NCBI GenBank assembly: GCA_963712115.1
Contig: CAVQGX010000006.1
Location: forward strand, 1-64,000
Direction: 5' to 3'
Length of the DNA: 64,000 bases
DNA from: an uncultured delta proteobacterium
GTDB taxonomy: Bacteria; Desulfobacterota; Syntrophobacteria; BM002
In this document: in pieces, positions 39,614 to 48,653 of the stretch
Position numbering within the stretch: position 1 is the stretch's first letter
How the letters are laid out: every line of letters starts with the position of its first letter
Translations under genes and position numbers: made by a program
Notes under the pieces: model-generated
What the model was told of the DNA's origin: nothing
Database searches by the model: none
Seen by the model: the letters and a program-made list of their open reading frames with translations, nothing else

Positions 39614-40453
39614 TTAAGCCTTTGGCCTATAAAGAAGTACTGGCCGGTTGGTCCGTCGAATAATCTGCAGTGATCTCTCACTCAGGATGTTAAAACGACC
39701 GGACTTGCCAAAACCCTGAGCTCCAAGCACCACGAGATCGTAGTTATTTAGGGCTATTTCTCGAACCACTTCGTCAACAACATTGCCTTCTATAAGCTTG
39801 GTTTGAGGTTGGTGTTCCAGCTTACTCAGGGCGGACTCCCCTTTGAGAACACAGGCGTCAGCGAACTCCTGGCTTTCCTGGTCGTCGGTATCGCGAACGT
39901 GCATCAGGGTGATCTCGGGCTTTTTCTTCAACAGCATGGGGCCGATGAAATTGAGAGCTTCTTGGTCGCAAGAGGAGCCGGAGTAGGCCACCAGCACCCG
40001 ATGTATGTTTCTCAGTTCTCTGACAATGAGCACGGGCCGGTTTGAGTGATGGATGACCTGGGTGTGCACCTGCCCCAGAAGCATCTCCCTGAGAGCAGAA
40101 GACCGATGGCAGCCGAGCACAATGAGGTCGACATCTTTATCGCTGGCTTCACGGATAATCACCTCCGCCGGGTCCCCCACCAGAATTTTGGGTTCACAAG
40201 GGACCTTCCCCTCGAGGCATATCTCGCAGGCATCAGCAATGGCTGCCTCAATCTCTTTGGCTTGCTCATCAATCTTCTTTTTGTGATCCTTTTTAAGAAA
40301 TGGAACGTCGAAGTCTTCAAGAATGATGTTCCCCACATCCTTCTTCACGTGGATGGCCTCCACCTCGGCATCGAAGTGTTCCAGCAGGTGGCAAGCGTAC
40401 CGAAGCGCCAGACGTGATTCCAGGTCTTGGTCAACCGCAACAAGAACCTTCAT
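39614..40453 (-). CDS. Tandem-domain universal stress protein
   Basis: VLVAVD..GDPAEVI..DLIVLG..LLGQV, followed by a second USP domain. Confidence 0.92.
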   Translation of the reverse strand: MKVLVAVDQDLESRLALRYACHLLEHFDAEVEAIHVKKDVGNIILEDFDVPFLKKDHKKKIDEQAKEIEAAIADACEICLEGKVPCEPKILVGDPAEVIIREASDKDVDLIVLGCHRSSALREMLLGQVHTQVIHHSNRPVLIVRELRNIHRVLVAYSGSSCDQEALNFIGPMLLKKKPEITLMHVRDTDDQESQEFADACVLKGESALSKLEHQPQTKLIEGNVVDEVVREIALNNYDLVVLGAQGFGKSGRFNILSERSLQIIRRTNRPVLLYRPKA

Positions 40454-40790
40454 ACGACCCCCTTCTTTATCGCTTTTTCAAAGTAGTCTGTCTCCACCGT
40501 TGGCCCCATAATATTTGGGCAGCACCAGCAGATAGTTTTTTCAATCTAGAAAAAAATAATCACTCTGGGAAAACTTTACTAGTTTCTAGCCTCCGAACCT
40601 CCACCATCCCTTCACTGTGGTCGATCCGGCCCTTGTCCTTTAGGGGACAAACCTGGGTTAATCTATCAGAACTCGACAGTAAGTGCAACTTTTAACAAAC
40701 TATTTATGGGCTCAATTTCCATCCCCCTCATCTGGCCACTATAATCTCTCAACCCCCCGCCCATTTCCCACCCTAGCTCTTTCGACAAAC

Positions 40791-40860
40791 AATTACCCAC
40801 TTTTTACCGGGTATAAAATGGGTAAAATTACCCATTTCATACCCGGTTAGTTTTGGGTAA
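40791..40860. promoter_or_regulatory. 70-bp palindrome made of two 35-bp TTACCCA...TGGGTAA units (copy 1)
   Basis: Same architecture recurs at 62602-62671. The centre ATGGGTAAAATTACCCAT is a near-perfect dyad. Confidence 0.65.
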
Positions 40861-40959
40861 AAAAAGGCGGGAGGGGAAACAATATGATAAAATGATGAAA
40901 AGATGATTGAGCCTGATGCTCATGACCTTTGTTACGCCTGTGATCTGGAGAGCAAGGAA

Positions 40960-41574
40960 ATGGAGCAGAAATACATCAATGAGGAGAAGGTGCGAGAGAC
41001 AGTGGCTTTTCACGGCCACATGTGCCCGGGGCTTGCCATTGGCATCCGGGCAGCGGAGGTGGCCTTGCGAGAAATCGGCCCCCACGCCCATGATGAGGAA
41101 GTTGTGGCAGTGGTGGAGACCGACATGTGCGGGGTAGATGCTATCCAGTTTCTCACCGGTTGCACCTTTGGCAAAGGCAATTTAATTCACCTGGACTATG
41201 GCAAAAACAGCTTCACCTTCTTTCGCCGCTCAGATGGGAAGGGTATTCGCCTTGTCACCAGAGGGGAAGCGCTGGATGCACCAGACCCTGAATGGGAAAC
41301 CCTCCGAAGCAGGCTTGGTGACGAAGACCTGACTCAAGAAGAACGGGATCGTTTCCGGCATTTGCATGAGGCCCGCTCCAGGCAGATCTTGGAGATCCCT
41401 TTGGAAAATCTTTTCGAGGTCAAGAAGCCGCAGGGCAAGATCCCCAGCCACGCCCGCCTTATGGACAGCATCACCTGCGAGTCCTGTGGCGAGGGAGTGA
41501 TGGAAACCCGCACCCGGCGCTTTTCGGGGAAGACAGTCTGTATTCCCTGTTTCAATGAAATGGAGCAGCGCTAG
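40960..41574 (+). CDS. FmdE-family protein with C-terminal C4 zinc finger
   Basis: FHGHMCPGLAIG, CGVDAIQFLTGCTFGKGN, CESCGE..CIPC. The ATG at 40960 follows AAGGA; alternative start 40903. Confidence 0.9.
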   Translation: MEQKYINEEKVRETVAFHGHMCPGLAIGIRAAEVALREIGPHAHDEEVVAVVETDMCGVDAIQFLTGCTFGKGNLIHLDYGKNSFTFFRRSDGKGIRLVTRGEALDAPDPEWETLRSRLGDEDLTQEERDRFRHLHEARSRQILEIPLENLFEVKKPQGKIPSHARLMDSITCESCGEGVMETRTRRFSGKTVCIPCFNEMEQR

Positions 41575-41584
41575 CCGCAGAGAT

Positions 41585-41846
41585 ACTAGGCACTAGGGAC
41601 TAAGCACAAGGCACCGTCTAGTCATTTGCTTCGCCGTCATTAGGCCTACGGCCGTCATTAAGTTGTTTCAGCGCCACAATTAAAGTTAACTATGAATGAC
41701 AGGGTAACGAAACTGGGAACCCGCTTGTCGTTGATGCCGGTTGCGGTGCGGGACTGAGCGGTGCGCAGCGAGGCTAGATAATTGACCTAATGACCATAAA
41801 TGACGCCGAAGGCATTATGACAGCGTGGCGTAATGACCTCATGACT
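41585..41846. repeat. Composite repeat: ACTAGGC heptamer arm + GTCATT/AATGAC inverted arms enclosing a module shared with the 59779 MITE
   Basis: CGAAACTGGGAACCCGC...GGGACTGAGCGG(T/A)GCGCAGCGAG at 41708-41772 also occurs at 59843-59893. Confidence 0.75.
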
Positions 41847-42028
41847 CCTGCCGCTTGCCGCTATGCTGCTGCAGTCAATAATTTTTCCCTCCCTTGAGAT
41901 GTAAAGTTTCTCCTGCCTTGACGACTAAAGTGCAATTCCATCAGGTTGCTGATGGGGTTTTCACATTTTTTCCCAGGTAAAAGAACCTTTTCGGGGACTC
42001 AGAACAGAAAAAGATAAGGAGTGACATC

Positions 42029-42454
42029 ATGGATACTAAAAAGACACTGATAGCTCTGTCTGTAGGTTTTGTCGTCCTGGCCTTTGTTTCCGCCTCCTGG
42101 GCGGGCGAAACAAGGATTCCATTAGAGGCTGCCAAACCACATCCAAATGCCAGTGGAACAGCCTATCTGAGTGGGGATAGCTTGAGCGTCCATGCCAAGG
42201 GGCTTCAACCCGGCTCGGTCTACACTGTCTGGTTTGTAAATATGAAGCCGAGGAAGCACGAAACCGGAGCGGGAACTGCGCCCTACATGTTCAAGACCGA
42301 CTCCAGGGGATATGGAGCATATGCTGCCACTCTGTCGGAATCTCCATTTGGAGAGTGGCAAATGATAATGATCGTCCTTCACCCCAATGGGAACCCTAAT
42401 GACATGAAGAATATGAAGGGCGCCCTGAAAGCACCGATCCCTGAGACTGGATAA
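42029..42454 (+). CDS. Secreted hypothetical protein
   Basis: RBS AGGAG, signal peptide ending SWA, and GLQPGSVYTVWFVN. Confidence 0.75.
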   Translation: MDTKKTLIALSVGFVVLAFVSASWAGETRIPLEAAKPHPNASGTAYLSGDSLSVHAKGLQPGSVYTVWFVNMKPRKHETGAGTAPYMFKTDSRGYGAYAATLSESPFGEWQMIMIVLHPNGNPNDMKNMKGALKAPIPETG

Positions 42455-42466
42455 GGGTCAATTTGT

Positions 42467-42501
42467 GGGAGAGGAGAGGCCTCCTCTCCCCTTCTTTTTT
42501 T
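42467..42501 (+). terminator. Intrinsic terminator
   Basis: GGGAGAGGAG/CTCCTCTCCC stem followed by a T-rich tail. Confidence 0.75.
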
Positions 42502-42715
42502 CTTCACCTTCGTCTTTATCTCCCATCTCATTTTATCGCTATGCTCTATGCGCTCTGCGCTATGCGAAGAGGGCTGGCACACCATTTGCCTATTAGATGA
42601 TGCGCTAGATCTATTCAATGGTTGAGCAAGATGCGGTTTTCCCTTAGTTAGAGCCCCCTTGGGCTCCTTGCCGAGGCCAGGTGAGAGTGTAATCTTGTGC
42701 CTTTGGAGTATAAGT

Positions 42716-43540
42716 ATGGATACATTTAGGTCTCCCAAAAGACACCACTACTCCAGAACGGAGGTTAGGTGGGAGGTACATTTTTTCACTGACCATGGCC
42801 ATATGGAGGGTGAAACCGTTAACATCAGCCCAGAGGGGGTAATGGTCTCCTGCAAGGAATTGCCTCCCTTGGAGGACAATTTTCGCCTGGTAATCCGACC
42901 ACCCGACCACTACCCTCTGGACCTCACCGGCAGGGTAGTGTGGACTACCATCTGTAACCCCGTCAGTGGTGCGGAGAGTATCGGTGTTGACATTCAATTT
43001 ATGTCAATAGGGGAAAAAGATAGACTCTATCTCCAAGGATTAATTAGTGGACACTTCGAGAAAGAGGTTGGAGAAATTGGTGAAAACCTGATGACTCGCC
43101 CGGAGGTGGTCACAGAGAAGGGGCTGGGACCGACTAAGGCGCCGCAAATTGCCGACATTAGCTTGCCGGTGTTCTACAATAAGGGGGGGAAAACTGTGCA
43201 AGCCGTTGGTAGTCGGTTTTCCACCAAAGGCTGTCACATCTACACCAGGTTGGCACCCCCCAAGGGGACGGTTTTTTCCTTACAGGTGAAAAATCCTCGA
43301 ACCGGTAAATCCATACAGGTGGACAGCTCGGTGGTTCAATGTAAGCGCTGTCTCATCAAAAATCATTGGGGCATGATCCTCCGTTTCATGAATCTTAGCG
43401 GCTCGGAAAGGGAGGAGATTCGGCAAATCTTGGAAGAGGCCTCCACTGCCGCCAAGCCAAATAAGGAACCCAAGTACATAAAGAGCAGGATAGGACAGGC
43501 GCTCCTGAAACATTTTGGCAGAAAACGTACTGTACACTAG
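42716..43540 (+). CDS. Tandem PilZ-domain protein
   Basis: RxxxR (KRHHYSR) and NISPEG in domain 1, then a degenerate second PilZ-like domain (FSTKG..GMILRF). The ATG at 42716 follows GGAG. Confidence 0.8.
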   Translation: MDTFRSPKRHHYSRTEVRWEVHFFTDHGHMEGETVNISPEGVMVSCKELPPLEDNFRLVIRPPDHYPLDLTGRVVWTTICNPVSGAESIGVDIQFMSIGEKDRLYLQGLISGHFEKEVGEIGENLMTRPEVVTEKGLGPTKAPQIADISLPVFYNKGGKTVQAVGSRFSTKGCHIYTRLAPPKGTVFSLQVKNPRTGKSIQVDSSVVQCKRCLIKNHWGMILRFMNLSGSEREEIRQILEEASTAAKPNKEPKYIKSRIGQALLKHFGRKRTVH

Positions 43541-43800
43541 CCATTGTCACTAGGCACATTTAACATTTATCCTTTCTCAGATCTAAAAATGCAAAGCCAC
43601 ACGAGGTTCAATCACGGCCTGGCCCCAACCGAACCTCCGCGCCCCTACCTCATGTTCTCTTGAAGATAATTCTTCACCGTCCTTCGATCCAATCCTGTCC
43701 TCCGAGCTACTTCTTGATAAATGCCATACCGCTGGTAGAGGAGAGTGCAGTTCTCTTGCCTCGAGGGTTTCCGTGTGAGAAGATAGGGGGCATCTTTGTT

Positions 43801-43933
43801 TAGCCGGATGTTTCATGAATTCTGCGAGACCGCGGATATGGCCGTCCTTCCGGGTCAGGTAGCCTCAGGTACCGCGGTCCCGGTGGCACGCCCATATTCG
43901 CGGTCTCGCCACGAAATTCATGAAACATCCGTG
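43801..43933. repeat. TAGCC(C)GGAT..TTCATGAAT long palindromic element (MITE-like)
   Basis: Stems CGGATGTTTCATGAATT/AATTCATGAAACATCCG and GCGAGACCGCG..ATATGG/CCATAT..CGCGGTCTCGC. Confidence 0.8.
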
Positions 43934-43943
43934 AGTTTTACTT

Positions 43944-44135
43944 ATGACCATAAGAACAAAATGCATTATCACTCTAATACTCTTGGCCATGGTGGACACC
44001 GTAATTCCCCTCCCCATTATAGGAGCGATCCTCATATACGTTCTGCTTCAGAGGCCGCCATGGTTCAGAAATGTTGTTGCGGACATCTACAGGGACGGAC
44101 CAGGCTCAATAGAGGGAGGAATAAAAGGAGGATAA
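43944..44135 (+). CDS. Small membrane hypothetical protein
   Basis: Hydrophobic ORF (D..IPLPI.G.ILIYV...RPPWF) that ends 3 nt before the DUF302 gene. Confidence 0.65.
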   Translation: MTIRTKCIITLILLAMVDTVIPLPIIGAILIYVLLQRPPWFRNVVADIYRDGPGSIEGGIKGG

Positions 44136-44138
44136 GAT

Positions 44139-44591
44139 ATGCGTAAGATATTGCTGATCCTAATGTCACTTTTCTTACTTGTTTCAATCGCTTATGCTGA
44201 TAACGGGCTCATCAGCATAAAAAGCCCTTACGATGTAGAAAAGACGGCGGACCGCCTCGAAAATGCTTTAAATGAAAAAGGTATGACCGTCTTTATCAGG
44301 ATCAATCATGCCGAGGGTGCTCGCAAGGTGGGAAAGAACTTGCGCCCAACCGAATTAGTTATATTTGGCAATCCGAAAGTGGGCACACCACTGATGCAGT
44401 GTGGCCAGAGCGTTGCAATCGATCTTCCGCAGAAAGCTCTGATTTGGGAAGACGAAGCTGGGCAAGTATGGTTGACTTATAATGATCCAAACTATCTGGC
44501 CAATCGTCACAACCTGGCGGGATGTGATGAAGTCATAAAGAAAATAGAGAAGGCGTTGGGCAACTTTGCCAAGACTGCAACTATGCCATAA
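44139..44591 (+). CDS. DUF302 family protein
   Basis: RINHAEGA..LRPTELVIFGNPKVGTPLMQ..IDLPQK. Confidence 0.92.
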   Translation: MRKILLILMSLFLLVSIAYADNGLISIKSPYDVEKTADRLENALNEKGMTVFIRINHAEGARKVGKNLRPTELVIFGNPKVGTPLMQCGQSVAIDLPQKALIWEDEAGQVWLTYNDPNYLANRHNLAGCDEVIKKIEKALGNFAKTATMP

Positions 44592-44781
44592 ACCACAAAC
44601 CTAACAATTTGATGTATCCAAACCCGCCTTGAGCGCTGCCGCAGCCTCGGGCACGGCCTCGTTATGCGGTTGTTGAACACGGCTGCTGTTATATGATAGC
44701 CTGCCTGTATTCTGTCTAACCAGGTGGAACGGTAATGCCTGCAAAATTCTGACCTTTGACAACCATAGAGGGGGCACGTAA

Positions 44782-45582
44782 ATGAATAAAGAACGTCTCA
44801 AGAAGTTGGCTGAAGATCCTCGATTCATCCAATCCATCTACAACTACTGCGACCGATGGTGTGAGCGCTGTCCGTTCACCGCACGCTGTTTGAATTTTGC
44901 TCTCGATGAGGAGGACTTCGACCACCTGGAGACTCAGGATTTAGATAACGAAGCCTTCTGGAAAAAGTTATCAGAGACCTTTCAAATGACCCTGGAACTA
45001 CTGGAGGAAGCGGCAGAGGAGCAAGGAATAGACCTAGATTCCCTCGATACGGAGGAAGTCGAAGAGGAAGATAGATTAAACGACGAATTGGCCAGAGATC
45101 ATGAATGCTCTCGCATGGCTAAACTCTACAGTGAAATGGTTGATGATTGGTTGGATTCAGCCAGAGACCTTTTTTCCTCAGAGGAAGAAGAACTTTCTGC
45201 TGACGAATCGCTTGAACCACTGGACAACAGCCCGGCTGAAAAAGATGACGGCTTGCTGGAGCCAGTGGAAGTTGTCGGCTGGTATCAGCACCTGATTTAC
45301 GTCAAACTCATGCGGGCGATCCGAGGGGAGTTGTTAGAGGAACCAGAGATTCTTGATGAATATCCTAAGGACTCGGATGGGTCGGCTAAAGTCGCATTAA
45401 TCGGCATTGACCGTTCCATTGCTGCCTGGGGAGAGATCCGCAACCTTTTTCCCCACCGGAGCGACCAGATCATGGACATTCTCCTTCACCTCGAACAATT
45501 ACGGAGGAAAGCAGAAAAAACATTCCCCGATGCGAGAGCATTCATCCGACCTGGGTTCGATAAAATTGATCTGAATAGCTAG
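44782..45582 (+). CDS. Conserved hypothetical protein with N-terminal CDRWCERC..C motif
   Basis: YNYCDRWCERCPFTARC, DSDGSAKVALI and FPDARAFIRPGFD. Confidence 0.8.
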   Translation: MNKERLKKLAEDPRFIQSIYNYCDRWCERCPFTARCLNFALDEEDFDHLETQDLDNEAFWKKLSETFQMTLELLEEAAEEQGIDLDSLDTEEVEEEDRLNDELARDHECSRMAKLYSEMVDDWLDSARDLFSSEEEELSADESLEPLDNSPAEKDDGLLEPVEVVGWYQHLIYVKLMRAIRGELLEEPEILDEYPKDSDGSAKVALIGIDRSIAAWGEIRNLFPHRSDQIMDILLHLEQLRRKAEKTFPDARAFIRPGFDKIDLNS

Positions 45583-45589
45583 AAAGGAG

Positions 45590-45777
45590 ACAGGAGTCAG
45601 AATCAGAATTCAGTAGGCAAAGAGCATAGAGCAGAGGGCATAGGGTTAAAATTTCGAAATACGAAATCCGAAATTACCACAGTGCCTAGTGCTTAGTCCG
45701 CTAGTGACCTAGTTGAAACGGTCTGCTTGCTGTCGGCTGTCCGCTGCCTGCTGGTCGCTTGCACTATGCTCCATGCC
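45590..45777. repeat. Mosaic of heptamer repeat arms
   Basis: AGTCAGAATCAGAATTCAG; GAGCATAGAGCAGAGGGCATAG...CTATGCTCCATGCC; CGAAATACGAAATCCGAAAT; GTGCCTAGTGCTTAGT. Confidence 0.8.
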
Positions 45778-45790
45778 TCATGGTCCATGC

Positions 45791-47002
45791 TTAACTGCTG
45801 CCTCCTGACTCCTTCCCTTTGACCAATTCTTTGGTGTACTGGAAGGCGCCGTCTCGCTCGATCCAACGGTCGCCCTTTCTCTCCAGAATCCAGCCACTGT
45901 CTTTTTTGCCACCAAAGGGTAGGCGAAGGGGCGTGAAGAGAAAATCGGGATTATCATATACCATGCCGAAGTGAGCCTGAAATGCCTCCCTTGAATACTC
46001 AGTTGGAGATCCGAAAAAAGCCAAGAGAAAGCCATATTTGGTTTGAATTAACTCCTGTGCCAAGGCTTCCTCATGCTGGAAGGGACTGAGGACGAGAAAT
46101 GGGCCGAATAGTTCCAGGTCTGGAATTTTATCCACGTCCATCTCCAGAACCAGAGGAAAAACCAACTCTCCCTCCATCCCTCCAGCGAGCAGGCGAGCCT
46201 CTGAGCACTGTTCTAAGGCCCTCTCAAGAATCGCCCTGGTTCGTTCCACCCGAATCGGTCCAATATCAGTATTTGGATCTAAAGGATCTCCAACTTTGAG
46301 ATTTCCCGTAAACTCCAAGATCTGGTTGCGTACCTCTTGGTACAGATCCCTGTGAATAAAGGCCTTTTTCAGGGTAGTGCAGTATTGACCACCGTTAATG
46401 AAAGCCCGCCGTGCTATAAACCTGCTCGCTGCCTGAATATCAGCATCCTCAAATACTACAGCCACGGGCATGCCGCCCGGTCCAGCGAAAAAGAGTTTAT
46501 CAAAGGCGCGATGCTCTTTCCGGTATGCTTCTCCCACTGCCGAGGCCCCCGAAATAAATAGAACCCGGACCGCTTCATCCTCCACGCATCCCCGGCCAAA
46601 AGCCCGGTTGTTATTACCTATAACCGGTTGGAAAGCTTTCAGGGGCTTGCCAATCTCCGCAATCAGATTCGCCGAACGGGGGGTTTGCGAGGAAAAGCTA
46701 AACCTCAGTTGGTTTCCTGTGAGGAGCGCCGCACCACCAAGACGCGCCAACATAACAGTCGGGGCATCATAAGGAAAAATAGCAGCAACGGTTCCGTATG
46801 GTCGGCCATTTTCCAACCACTGGATCTCCTCTTCCATGGTATTGAGATGCTGAACCGCCAATTCCACTTCAACGGAGGTGATTTTCACAGGAAAGCCAGC
46901 GTCCAATGCCGCGGCTTCCAGAAAATCCGCTTTTCGACTTTCGAGACTTCTCGCAAGGCCCTTTATGTCATTCAGCCGCTTGGTATAGTCTATACTTGAC
47001 AC
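45791..47002 (-). CDS. Aldehyde dehydrogenase family protein (atypical)
   Basis: FINGGQYCTT (catalytic Cys), VGDPLDPNTDIGP, ELFGP and PFGGKKDSG. The GTG at 47002 follows GGAGG; the longer ORF merely reads through a repeat. Confidence 0.85.
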   Translation of the reverse strand: MSSIDYTKRLNDIKGLARSLESRKADFLEAAALDAGFPVKITSVEVELAVQHLNTMEEEIQWLENGRPYGTVAAIFPYDAPTVMLARLGGAALLTGNQLRFSFSSQTPRSANLIAEIGKPLKAFQPVIGNNNRAFGRGCVEDEAVRVLFISGASAVGEAYRKEHRAFDKLFFAGPGGMPVAVVFEDADIQAASRFIARRAFINGGQYCTTLKKAFIHRDLYQEVRNQILEFTGNLKVGDPLDPNTDIGPIRVERTRAILERALEQCSEARLLAGGMEGELVFPLVLEMDVDKIPDLELFGPFLVLSPFQHEEALAQELIQTKYGFLLAFFGSPTEYSREAFQAHFGMVYDNPDFLFTPLRLPFGGKKDSGWILERKGDRWIERDGAFQYTKELVKGKESGGSS

Positions 47003-47035
47003 TGGTACACTCCTCCCTGCTAAATAGGGACACAG

Positions 47036-47246
47036 TAAAGAATCCGGACCCAAAGGATCCGGCTTTGGGCTGCCCAAGTGAAAGGCACAGGATTCAAGGC
47101 ACAAGGCACATGGTAACAATAGATTTTGAATATTCTTTTCTTCCCTGCGCCCTACGCCTTGCGCCTTAAGCCTAAGATCTCTTCGGCTGGCAAAGCCGTT
47201 GAACTCTGACCCGACCCTAAGGACCTGGTTTTCGATGATGAATAAA
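47036..47246 (+). mobile_element. AAAGAATCC-family hairpin/MITE-like element, copy B
   Basis: Homologous to 34962-35188 and, at its ends, to 10203-10466. Confidence 0.75.
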
Positions 47247-47401
47247 TCTACATGGATTTTACAAAATGGCAAGCGTTTCCCCCAATACCTGCCGAAAATC
47301 CCCTCTTCCTGTCGGGGGAGTGCCCGACTAACTAGCTTGGAAAGAGCACCTGCGTTATACTTTACGACCGTAGTGCTCAACAGAGGGGCGGAATCTCGAC
47401 C

Positions 47402-48166
47402 ATGACTCCTTCTCCAGACTTCATCAAGGTATGGAAGGATAAATATACAATCCATTCATACCAAGTAGATATCAAAAGCAAGGCAACCTTAGTAGCCTTG
47501 TGTCAGCTCTTGCAGGAATCGGCCTGGCAGCATGCCGAACATTTAGGGCTTGGGTTCTCCCATTTGAAGGAAAATAACTTTATCTGGGTCTTAGCTCGAC
47601 AGCTGATTAGGATTAGCTCCTATCCCAAATGGGGGGATAACATCGAGGTCCACACCTGGCCCACAGGAAAGGACAGAATCTTTTGCTACCGTGACTTTAG
47701 AATCATAGACCCTAGTGGCTCCATAGCCGCTGAAGCTACCACTACCTGGTTTGTTATTGACCAAGTTAATAGAAAGCCACAGAAAACAGCTCTCTATTAT
47801 CACTTGGAACTTCCAGAAGAGGTTGAATTTGTCTTTCCTGATCGGTTAAACAAATTGGATCCTCTCGATTCAGAGGATTTCACCAAGTCGATTCAGGTTT
47901 CTTACGGGGATTTGGACATGCACAAGCATGTAAATAACCTGAGATATGTAGAGTGGATGTTCAATTGCCTCCCCCTCGAATTTCTGAGCACTCATATTTT
48001 AAAGGAAATAGAGATTAACTATATGTCTGAAGCGTCATATAAGGATGAAATCGCGGTGAGTTATGAAAAAAAAGGAAAATCAAACTTCTTCCACACAATA
48101 AGGAGAAAAAGAGACAATACAGAGATTTGCAGAGCCAGAACAGTCTGGGAGCAAAGCGGAGGGTAG
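47402..48166 (+). CDS. Acyl-ACP thioesterase (double hot-dog)
   Basis: LQESAWQHA, WVLARQ..YPKWGD..TWP, and DLDMHKHVNNLRY. Confidence 0.92.
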   Translation: MTPSPDFIKVWKDKYTIHSYQVDIKSKATLVALCQLLQESAWQHAEHLGLGFSHLKENNFIWVLARQLIRISSYPKWGDNIEVHTWPTGKDRIFCYRDFRIIDPSGSIAAEATTTWFVIDQVNRKPQKTALYYHLELPEEVEFVFPDRLNKLDPLDSEDFTKSIQVSYGDLDMHKHVNNLRYVEWMFNCLPLEFLSTHILKEIEINYMSEASYKDEIAVSYEKKGKSNFFHTIRRKRDNTEICRARTVWEQSGG

Positions 48167-48171
48167 TTGAG

Positions 48172-48645
48172 ATGGAAGGGGAGCCGGAGAAAAAAGATGG
48201 TTATCTCATTGGCGTGATATCGGACACCCATGGTCACCTACGAGCCGAGGCGGCCGAGGCTTTAAAGGGTGTAGACCTGATCATTCATGCTGGTGACATA
48301 GGTAAGCCCGAGGTGCTTGCGGCATTGGGAAAAATAGCCCCTGTCCATGCTGTGCGCGGAAACATGGATGGCCATTGGGCCTTTGGGCTGCCTGAAACTG
48401 AGGTAGTAGAATTAGGAGATTTTTTGCTCTACGTGCTCCATGATGTTTTTCGCCTCGACATAGACCCGGTTGCAGCCGGCTTTGTCGCAGTGATTAACGG
48501 TCACACTCACACCGCAGCCATAGAGAACCGCAAGGGTGTTCTCTATCTAAACCCTGGCAGTGCCGCATCTTTCAGGTCACCCGCCACAATTGCCCTCCTG
48601 CGCATACGGGGTAACTCATTGCAAGCGGAAGTGGTGGAGGTCTAG
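48172..48645 (+). CDS. YfcE-like metallophosphoesterase
   Basis: ISDTHG, HAGD, VRGNMD, GHTH and LNPGS. Confidence 0.92.
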   Translation: MEGEPEKKDGYLIGVISDTHGHLRAEAAEALKGVDLIIHAGDIGKPEVLAALGKIAPVHAVRGNMDGHWAFGLPETEVVELGDFLLYVLHDVFRLDIDPVAAGFVAVINGHTHTAAIENRKGVLYLNPGSAASFRSPATIALLRIRGNSLQAEVVEV

Positions 48646-48653
48646 TTAACAAT

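Noticed and set aside
44599-44678. Integron attC site (ACCTAAC ... GTTGAAC) after the DUF302 gene
   Set aside because: The core sites fit RYYYAAC/GTTRRRY, but the inner arms do not pair convincingly. There is no second attC or integrase.
47003-47455. 151-aa N-terminal extension of the ALDH
   Set aside because: It reads through a repeat element and overlaps the thioesterase start. A GGAGG-preceded GTG exists at 47002.
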